A stretch of 47,054 bases of DNA, the filler included, from Streblomastix strix (taxonomy: Eukaryota): assembly GCA_008636045.1 (NCBI GenBank). It is 2 parts of 2 records of this genome, joined end to end, with 100 filler letters (N's around TTAATTAATTAA, not from the genome) between each part and the next. Parts side by side here need not be neighbours in the genome. Positions count along the whole stretch, not along the records: positions 23,580 to 47,054 come from SNRW01000282.1; 1 more part is not named here. The stretch is one strand, 5' to 3'. Under the pieces are notes generated by a model that had not been told where the DNA came from, searched no databases, and was given only the letters and a program-made list of their open reading frames with translations. The position numbers and the translations under genes are program-made. Below, in pieces: positions 36,639-47,054 of the stretch (its first letter is position 1; each line of letters begins with the position of its first letter).

Positions 36639-39600
36639 TCATTCATCTTCTTCAATGTTTTCATTGCTTGTGTTTTCATTTTCATCAGTACTATTTTCTG
36701 TATTATTATCATCATTACTATCAGTGCTATTATCACCATCTGAATTATCTGAATCTGAATTATCTGAATCTGAATCTGATTCATTGTCTTCCATATTAAA
36801 TGGTTATTATAATTAATATTTATTAATTGTTAATTAAAGTTTTTTAGCTCTTTTTTATATGTATATTTCTACCCTTTTATTTGAGTGAAACAGAAGTATA
36901 TCATTTTCTTCTTCAAGTCCTTCTTATATCATTTCTTCATAAAAATCATCAATTATTTTTCTATTATCAGATTTTGTTGATTCATTCTATATCTTATTGA
37001 ATATTTAACATACTATCTAAATTACTTCTGAGGTTAGATAATCATATATATTTATACCATTTCCAGCATTGAACATGAATCTCGCTAATAACTATCTCTC
37101 TTTTGTTTTACTAATCATTTAACAGATTGTTTCAACTGGGCTTAATTCATTTGCATATAAGACAATTTACAAGCATTGAAATTGCGCTTTAGAAAATTAT
37201 AAATCATTAATTGTTTGCTTATCTTTGAATAGTGAAATATCAATAATTCTTTCAATAAGTTCTGGATAACTTAAAATAAGAATTGCAAACTACCTGAAGC
37301 GTTGCATTAGCACTCCAAGAAATTACATCATATTAGCAATAAGATTAGTTTATATAAATTCTTTATCAAAAGAATTTCTTAATTAAAGTAGTGAATGAGT
37401 TCCAGAATGACATTGTTTGATTTGTTCCGTACAAGAAATAATAATTGAATTAATGTGTTTGATAATATTGGTTTTCAAAATAAATTCATCAAATTCCTTA
37501 TTTTAAAATAATGTTATTAATTCTTATAATGCAATAAAAGAATTTGAGATTAGTTTTGATATTAAAGGAGAGTTAAGAAGTGAATAATTATCTTAACATA
37601 TGTATGGAATAATTAAATCTTGTGTTTTATCTTTATAGAAGTCAAAACTACCATGAAAAGAAAGTTAAGATCTTAATGATATAGCAAGAAGAACATTACA
37701 AACAGTCTCTATTTCATATGAGTCAATTTCATTCTTATTATATGTAGATATTACATGAGCTAATTGAATATATTATGATTAAGATGGTAAGGAATAATCA
37801 GATTAACAATGTTTCATAATCATATCATAGAATTATTAGAGTTTTATTTTGAAGAATTAGGTACATTCATTAAATATATAATATACAGATGAATAAGTAT
37901 TTTCAAAGCAAAGATATCCAATTATTGCTTATAATTTGATATTTTCTTATTTTTCTTTGTCTTTTTCTTTTATTTCATCTTAATTATATTTGAATTTAAT
38001 TATTTTCTATAATGATTAATCAAGTCCAGTATTTGTAAATTAATATAAAAAATGATTTGTATCAAACTTTGTTGCCATTGAAACTCCACGTAATGAAATT
38101 GATGTTACTAATGAGATAATTTTGGCTTTAATGTCCAGAGAAAGATTATTCTGTAAGCATCCTTCAATAATGAATTGCACCCATAGACAGAATTCTTTTG
38201 ACACCAAATTGAATAACAAATTATCATCAACATTATTAACAACCTTCTAAAGTTCATTAAGTGATTCATCAACTTCAGTTTCATTCATTCTCTTTGCAAT
38301 TTCAAATAAAATAGAATAAATTCCTTCATTTACTAACAGCATTGCACCACCAATCAATTCTCTGTCATTTATTTCTTTCACAATTGAAATCATTTATTCT
38401 ACTTTTTTCCATATAATATTATCATTCAAAATCATATTATTATTGCAACTTTCATTCATTGATTTTTCTATCTCCAAACTAATTTCATTTTGAATTAAGG
38501 ATATTTAATCCATTTATTCTTCATTATTAAGCCACAATATGAATGCGAAAGCTGTATTATTATCATTGCAATGTCTTACAGCTTTATCAAAAAGTTTATC
38601 TTATCTGTTATATTAAACTTTCATGAATTAATACATAGAATACTTCCTCTATATCAATCCTTAAATTAATTCATCGGATACTAAACTCTTGATTGACTGT
38701 CTCATATTGGTGTTGCCTTATTAATAAAGTATCAAGAGAAGTTCAACATTCAAATATTGATCATCCAAATCATATATATCAAAATCTGATAATGCATATT
38801 ATAATATGCCACTATTCAATATTATATCATGATTACCTTAATAAAGAGATATGTATTTTAATGGATCCATATATCCTGAAAAATCAATTATACATTTTAA
38901 TTAACCTTTAATAAACTTCAACAAGTAATTAATAATCATTTTGAGAATAGATGGTGGCATAAATCTTCCTTTATAGATTAATGAAAGTATTTCGCACATT
39001 AATTCAGATATTTCCTCTCTTGATTCATGTTTAATAAAACATTATTCCAACTTATCGATCATTCCATTATTCTAAAGTTGAATAAATAATGGATTCTTTT
39101 ATGATTTTGGTGAAATTAAATGAAAATAATAAGAAGAAATGTCATCTGAAAATAAAGATGAACCTGAAGCAATAGCGTTTTTAATGGTAATAAGACAGTT
39201 TCCAATCAAACCTACTTAAGGAAGATCAAATAAGCGAGTGAGAATAAGATGAGCATCAAGCTTAAAATATTTGTAGCCCAATATACATGAATTATATCCA
39301 GATAAACAGTAGAATGATTCAAGTAGAATATTGTTAAAAAATGGAAGAGGAATATATCTTACTATGTTGACTAATAATTTCTGTAAATCAGAATTAATAA
39401 TTAATGTGGTATCAGATTCTGAGTATGGCAACAGTCTTCTGACATAATCAAAGATGCAATTTATGATACCCATTGTTTAAGGAGAAATTTATTAGTTTTT
39501 CTTTTCCAATTCTTCAATTTCCTTATTCAATGCGAAGGCCTATGAGATAATTTATGCAAATTTCTCTTCATCAAAAAATTAATCCCTATAATCCTTAGAT

Positions 39601-41188
39601 ATGATGTAGTCTGATCGCAATTGTGTTAATTTCTGTATTGTTAATAATTATTCATTTTTATTCCATTTCAGCATTTATGTTACAGCACGCATTTTTAAAT
39701 CAACATCCGATGATTCAAATATTGGCAGAAATCCAAAATCACCAACAGCGCCCCTGATTTCCTAATCAAGTGTTCCTCCTTTCTCAGAGAGAATTAATAA
39801 AAGTTTGAGAGCATTTTCTTTGATATCACATTATGATTCATCTGAAGTTTAAGTAAGCTAGGCAACAAATTAAACGAAATTATCTGATGCAATCTCTTCA
39901 ATGTTCTCTAAAAAATATTAAAAAATATCAAAATTTTAATTAAAAATATATTTGTAAACCATCATTTTCAGAGAGTTCACATAAAACTTCTAAAAGTTCA
40001 TCTCTTGTTTATGGATTGTTTATCTCTTTTAAATCTCTTTTAATCTGTTAAATAATTTTCTTCTTCATGTTCAGTTCTATTGTCTACAATCTCAGAAGTT
40101 TCGCAAGAGCATATGATCCATTTCCTTTAATCAATTCTGTCTCTCCATTAATAATACATGTATTGTAAATGAGCTGAATTATACCCAATTTTTTCACTAG
40201 TGAGTAAAATGGGTGTGGAGATTTTTATTATTTAAATTTTTTATATCGATGGAGTATGTAACGAATTATTGCTATTACATCTCCTTTTATTTCTTTATTT
40301 GAATGTTCAAGAAGGGGAGATAAGATTTGAATGGGTTCATTCTCAGCTATTTTATCTGTATCTAAACCATTTCCATTTAATATTAAGTTATAAAGCGTTT
40401 GTGTATGTGTATGATTGATTAAATGTAATGGAAGCAATTAAATCAGGTTCAAAAGTAAAATTGGAATTATAACATTATCTTCTCCTCTCGTTACATGTGG
40501 AAATAATTTTATGAGGTGTTTAAGTATATCACAAGATAACTTTGACATAAGAAGATCGCATTCAGAAATTATTGGAATTCTTCCATCTTGTTTCTTTATT
40601 TTATTTCTTGAAAATATCAGTTCAATAAGAAATAATTCAATTTTCTATATTATACTATCTTGAAGCATGCAATTTCCTTGCTTAATATCATCCTCTTCAT
40701 CATTATCATATAAAATAAACCTTTTTTCTACGGTTTCTCTTAATTCATCTGTTATTTTTTCTATTATTAAAATTGTGGATTTAAATAAAACCTTACCAAC
40801 ATTCAATATGGCTTTGGTCAATCCTTCTTCTGTAGCATAAAGCACAATTGCCTGTCTGGATTCAGTCCCATTTTGACTTTCAAGATACATTCCACTGAGT
40901 AGAAAGAATATTAATATGATAATAATATGATTTAAAGAAGTGAATAATACCAAAGTGCACCAAATTTCCCCATCCACCCGTATAATTCAGTTTCTATAGT
41001 TTCTGAGGGTATTTATCCACAGATTGCAACATGATATGATGATAAGTTCCTAAATGTTGATGATAAAATCTGAGTGAATAAAAATATAGAAATATTAAAT
41101 AAGTAATAAATTAAATTCAAACATGATTTTTATTTGAATCATTATTTTCTAACGAGTTTCCACAGTCAATACGTTGTTTCTTTTCCAT
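36639..41188 (-). CDS. Large hypothetical alpha-helical (ARM/HEAT-like) protein, possible degenerate N-terminal RRM, acidic tail
   Basis: ATG 41188 (MEKKQRIDCG..); short introns near 41070-41120, 40900-40960 and 39910-39960; over 3 kb of open Leu/Ile-rich helical frame under code 6; ends SDSDSDNSDSDNSDGD..IEEDE*. Confidence 0.6.
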
Positions 41189-41946
41189 TATAATTCTGAA
41201 AAATAAAAAATAAAATATAATTTGGATAAAAAAAATCAATTTTATCTTTCTGTTTAGCTCGAAAAATGTTATGATGAAATAGTTAGATAAAAAAAAATTA
41301 ATTTTATCTAAAATATTCAATGTCAAAACTTTAAAATTTATATTTATATGGAATTTTATTTTGTTTTTTCAAGTTTTTATACAAAAAAAATAAAATAATT
41401 ATATATCAATTGTTGTTTTTTACATAAAAAAGTATGCATAAATTAAAAAAATTGTTTTTCTGTCTATCAGCCATTGAAGTTAGTTATATTATTTATTTTT
41501 CAATAGTTTAATAGAATATACAATGTAAATAAATTTATCAATAAAAACTACTAATTCTATACGCAGGAAACGTGTGGATAAATTTATATTCAGCCATCCA
41601 CTTAATTTTGGATTAGATTTAATAAATAATAAAATAACTCAATATATATACTGTTTTAATTTCATAATCAAATTTTTGAGATGATCTTACTTACATTAGG
41701 TACAAAATCTTAAATTTTGATTACGCCCTCACTCGCTTTCTAATATTTAGTAATATACCATCTTCAAATACTATAAAATATATTACTTTTATTCCTTCTA
41801 TTTATTTTGCATTCAGATGTTCTACTGTTGAATTTGGAAATTATCACAAAAAATCCGCTTTTTGCTCTATTCAAATTAATAATTTCAATTTTTGCTGCAT
41901 TTTAATTATTATTTTAATTTATCTATTAAAATTCAGAGAATCTACA

Positions 41947-44900
41947 ATGGGTTTAGATTAGTGGCAAAGTGAAGACTTTCTCAAAATTGCCTTTCACGTT
42001 CACGTCAAACAAATTGCATTTATAATGCTCATATCGCTCTTATCGCTTACTGCTGCTATAATTATTCTATCATTAATATTCAAGTTTTTCCCTTCGATTC
42101 GTTCAAAAAGAGGCTATTAAGAAATAGAAAGTGGGTGGCTTTCGCTTGGTTTAGAGAATACAAGTCATGGACCAAACATCAACAGTGCAGATCCTTAGGT
42201 TAATAATATCAAGAATGCTTCAAAAGAGAAACAGAGTTAGAAATAGAAGAAGAATAAAAAATCAGAGAAACAAAAATAAACCACATTAACACCTTCATCG
42301 AAATAAACCAATGTATTTGAATCTGCATCTGGAGAAGCTATTGGGAAATAGATATAGAATTATGACACACTTGAAAATGGATAATTCACTTCATAACATT
42401 TCATTCTTCCTTTCACATCACTGCCAAATGAAATTCTCGCTAAATTAGCGAAGTTTATATCATTTTCCCCAAATCATAATACAAATACTGAATTTCATCA
42501 ATCAGATGAAGATACAGCAATTGAGAAATAAGATAAAAATTTGATTATGAACTAAATAACTAAAATCAGGAAAAGATTGGCTGACACTCTTACATTGGAT
42601 AATTTCACCATTATTAGAAAGTCACAAGTATTTAATCAAGTCTTTTCGCTCAATTCACAATCACAATAATATAGTGAAAATATTACCAAATAATCTGAAA
42701 TAAATGAAATAAATATTTAATAAAGCGAAGATTTGCATAAATTCAGAATAGTTCAGATCCTTAATGAATCAGATCGTGTTCTTAGTGCAGTTGTTGCAAA
42801 AGAAGTAATTGATTAATAAATTGATGATTAATAGAATATGTATCTTCTGAAGATGTTGAAATTAAAAGAAGATATACAAAATAAAGAAGTGAATAATAAT
42901 GAATAGGAAAAGAAAGATAAATCTAAAATTAGAAGTAAAAGTCCTCATATTGACAAAAAAGATCCAAGAGATAATATCATATAAACATTGAATACATTCT
43001 TAGATGAAGCTTCAACTGTGTATTCAATACACCCACGTGAATAGAGTATTAATAATAATGACATTATTGTATAGCATTAGTATTCATAAATCAACTCAAT
43101 AATACAAACATATATATCTCCATAGCCAATGTGTATATATTCATATTATGAATGTGGATCATTGAGAGATAAGCTTAAATACCTTCTTTCTGAAAGAGAA
43201 AGAAAGATTGAAGAAATAAAGAATGAAAAATAAGATGACTATGATGGAAAGAAGAAGAGAATATTTGTATCAAATGAAAGAGAATATGAACATAATATTA
43301 AACCCAGGAAATAACATAAGCATCATAAACATAGAAATGAATAGTAATAATAAGAATAAGAATAAGAAGAAGTAGAATCTAACAATGAATTAAGTCAAAC
43401 TAATTCACAAACTCTATCTCCATCATAATATGCACATATTCAATAACATCAGCATCGATCACATTCTATTTCTGATATTAGGCATAACCATCATTAATAT
43501 GACACTATTCAATCTCAGTTAATATTACCATGGCCTGCTATACACAGACTTGCATTATAATTGGCTAAATTGCTCAAAGATTTGCATAGGTATATTAATT
43601 ATATATTTTGTGTTGTTTTAATAATATTCGTTCATTATTTACATTATTTTTAATCTTAATTGTCTTATTTCTTTATTAGTAATGCAAAGACTATTGAAGC
43701 AATATACCAAACAAGTTAACCAATGAGTGTCAACAAGCCAATATAGGAAACATCATCAACATCAAATTTGATTGAAACATCTTCATCCTCATCTGGAGAT
43801 AAAGAAAAAAAGAAAATTAAGAAAATTAAGAAAGATTCTAAGAAAACTAAAAAAGATAAACATGACAAGAAAAAGAAGAAGAAGAAAATAAATGAAAATG
43901 AAACACTAAAAGAAGATAAGAAAGATTCTGAATCAGAAACTAAAACTGAAGAAGAGACAATTTCAAGTGAATAAAATAGTAATATTAGTAATATAGATTA
44001 AAATGAATAATAATCTGAAGAAGGAAAAGAATTAAAATAATCTGACTTATTATTGAATGAATAAGTATAAACATTATAATAATAAGAATTATAAACCAAA
44101 TTAGAATAAGAAAAATAAATTGATGAGAATATTAATTTGAAGGATTAGTATCCTGTTATTTCAATTACACCTCCAAATGTTGAAGAATAAAAAGAATAAA
44201 AGAAGGAAAATGAATTGAAAAATAAAAACTAAATTATGAAGGATATAGATTTAGGTATATAATTAGAAATAGATAATGATAAAGTGAAGGAATTTCGTGA
44301 GAAAGAAAATAATAATGAAACATAAATAAAAAAGAATGAAGAATAAGAATAAGAATAAGTCATTGAAAAAGAGACAATAAAAGAAAAAGATAAAAAGAAA
44401 GAAAAGGAGAAAAAGAAAGATAAGGAAAAGAAGAAGGAAAAAGAAAAAGAAAAAGAATCATTGAAAGAGAAAGAGAAAGAATAAAATCTATAAAAGGATA
44501 AAGATAAAGATAAAGATTAAAAGATAAATAAAGAAAAAGATAAAAATAAAGATAAAGATAAAGATATTGCAAAGAATACAATATAAGATAAAGATATTAT
44601 TTCATTTGCACATGGTCGAGTGAAATCAACGAATATTTTCTTAATACGAAGAAAGTTGAACCTAAAGAAAGAAGAATAAGAAGAACAAGATAATGAACGT
44701 AACTAATAAGGGAAATAAATGAATATATTTGATGAATATGATTTGTGTTTGGGTGACTTTGGATTGGATATACTTCACAAACATCCAATATAATCTTAAT
44801 CTTTATCTTTATTGAACATTAACAGACAAAATATTCAAAAGACTACAGATGGATAAAAACCTTAAAATATTCTCTCACAAAATAAGACACAAAGTTCATC

Positions 44901-45598
44901 ATCTGTGTAATCAACAGGATTAGATAATACTACTTAATCATTACCCAATATAATGAACTCTTAGAATTAGAATATAATTAATGATAATAATAAAGATAAT
45001 ATGATATAGTTATATTTATCATAAATTAGTTCATATGATGCACCTGAAGTTATGAAGAAAGGGAAATATTCTGAGAAATCAGATGTTTATAGTTTTGGGA
45101 TGATTTGTTGGGAATTAGTTACATGTAGAGTTCCATTTGATAGTTTGTCTCCTTCTGATCTCATCACTTTAGTTGCTGATGGAAATAGTAGACCTCATTT
45201 CAATCTTGATGACAATGACATATTATTAACCAATAATAATAGATCATCAAATAAGACAATAATTCCTGTTTAACAATTATCACTTTATTCATCTTTCATT
45301 AGAAATCGTTATTCATCTCAACTCTTCTAACTTCCACCAACTCGATATGATAGTTCTACTCTCCTGTCACACACTGGTGCATAAATCATTTCATCTTCAT
45401 TTGTTGAAGGAATTCCAAACGGCTTTATTTCACTGGTTGGGCAATGTTGGGTGGTTTGTGACTAAAATATTATTTGAAAATAGTATTAATATTATTATAT
45501 TACCATTCTTTTCCAATTTGAAACAGACAGATCCAGAATTAAGACCAACTTTTGCACATATTTGTGATATCCTGGAAAACTTTTTGTTTGATATATGA
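41947..45598 (+). CDS. Single-pass transmembrane TKL-like kinase, probable pseudokinase, with large low-complexity inserts (upstream exons possible)
   Basis: [30 protein letters not shown] (K 42799); [40 protein letters not shown] (44611-44634); DFG (44755); [35 protein letters not shown]. Confidence 0.8.
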
Positions 45599-45718
45599 AA
45601 ATTAATCATATTTTCGTGCTTATAATAAAACAAATATTATTTTAGCGTACAATGGAAAAGGATCTGCAGTTAGTTTGATAATTGAAAATTTCTGTGCGTG
45701 GGTAATCGTTGAATCAAA

Positions 45719-47054
45719 ATGGCGGTCTAGGACTATCCTCAGCTCTTTCTCGAGCAAACAATTGGATTTGATGGTATGTTTAAATAATATTTGCATATAT
45801 TAATTTTGAATAACTAGCACACTGACGAATTGCACGATTTTTTTCAAAAATTTACCTTCATTCAATTTTGGACCGTGAAATATATGTTTTTGGCCATAAC
45901 TTATTATTATTTATCTTTTTATTATTGGTATAGGCTCAATTATCGAGGGATACATCAAGCACCCCGATGGAGAACATGTTGTTTATGCAATCGGCAGAAA
46001 TGTCGTTATCTAATCACCGGATGGACACACCGAGTTCCTTCGTGAACACACAGAAAAGATTGCATCAATTGCAATATCTAGAAGCGGAAGATACATCGCA
46101 TCTGGCGAGGAAACTCGAACTAGCTATCCAGTGTGCTCCTGTCTCTCTTGAAGCTATTTATCATTTAAATTACTATTTATTTGATCTAATATGCATTTAT
46201 TAGGCTGATATTGTAATATGGGACTACGATGCAAGGAGAATGCTATACAAACTGCATCAACACAATGGAAAGGTCTAAGGAATATCTTTCTCACCTTCTG
46301 AACAGTTCATGGTATCTCTTGGAGGATTGGATGATAACGATGTTGTTGTTTGGAATGTTGCTGAGGGAAAACCAAGTATGAAAAACAACATTCATATTAA
46401 ATTCACATTCAATTTTTTGTTTTATTTAAATATATTTTCAGTTTGCGGACATCGTGTTGCTCTTGAATACACAAACTTCATAAGATTCTTCAATAATTCT
46501 GATGAATCATTTGTGACTGGAGGTAAAAGCAATCCACGAGTATGGGATATTGATTACAAGAACACGAAACTCATCAGTAATGAAATAAATCAAGGTCATA
46601 TGAGAAGAATCTGGACAACTGCAGTCATTGATAATGATGATTAATATGCATATCTTGGTTCTACAACAGGAGACATTGTAGCAATTGATATACAGAATTA
46701 CTATCTCAAACACTTTGGACCAGTTAAAGACAAAGACAAACTTCAAGCAGGTATTTCCTAACTTGAATTGTTCAATCTTGGAGATAAAGGAGCAGCAATT
46801 GTAGCAGGAAGTGGGAATGGAGAAATAGTTCTATACAAAGTGAATGATCCATTGAAAGAGAAGATTCCATTATTAGATACATTAGGAAGGACAGCTGTAT
46901 TGGGGAAAATCACAACATTAAAGATATAACCACTTGGATATGGATTAGCAACAAAGACAATGAAGAGATCAATGAGTCCCAAATAAACAGGATCAAAGAA
47001 GACAGCTGTACCAACTAGAGGACCACCAAGGAAAGTTGATGTTAATGGTCGTGT
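45719..47054 (+). CDS. CFAP52: Cilia/flagella WD40 protein CFAP52 (WDR16), runs off window end
   Basis: LFLEQTIGFDG/SIIEGYIKHPDGEHVVYAIG..EFLREHTEKIASIAISRSGRYIASGE../ADIVIWDY..LHQHNGKVQGISFSPSEQFMVSLGGLDDNDVVVWNV. Confidence 0.88.

Noticed and set aside
17..46982. Most ORFs in the supplied track (e.g. 4086-4310, 24695-24898, 31871-32116, 44360-44581)
   Set aside because: They are antisense or off-frame shadows of low-complexity coding DNA called with the wrong genetic code.

Overview
AT-rich, intron-containing eukaryotic (protist) DNA. It uses a reassigned nuclear code (TAA/TAG = Gln, TGA = stop; table 6), so the supplied standard-code ORF track is mostly spurious fragments. An oxymonad such as Streblomastix is my best guess for the host, but this is inference only. 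The window joins two sequences through a 100-bp N/TTAATTAATTAA linker (23480-23579). The left part has a PUF60-like RRM gene, a hypothetical gene and casein kinase 1. These are followed by at least 16 kb of a decayed endogenous Polinton/Maverick-like DNA virus (~7.2-23.5 kb) written in the host's code. The element encodes a protein-primed PolB polyprotein (vOTU-like, Zn-finger and HNH-like modules), a DD35D retroviral-type integrase, a KilA-N protein, a candidate capsid protein, a candidate amphipathic membrane-lytic protein and a phage-like fibre with HxH repeats. A ~300-bp foldback precedes the polymerase, and a TA-flanked MITE is nested in one gene. The right part holds host genes: a low-complexity ORF, Pcf11, an SLC49-like MFS transporter, a class I HDAC, NHP2, Prp18, a large helical-repeat protein, a transmembrane TKL-like pseudokinase and CFAP52 (truncated by the window end). 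The MFS gene starts 3 nt from the Pcf11 start codon and has two in-frame TGAs. All calls come from manual translation and motif recognition; no searches were run, and boundaries of degenerate ORFs are approximate.
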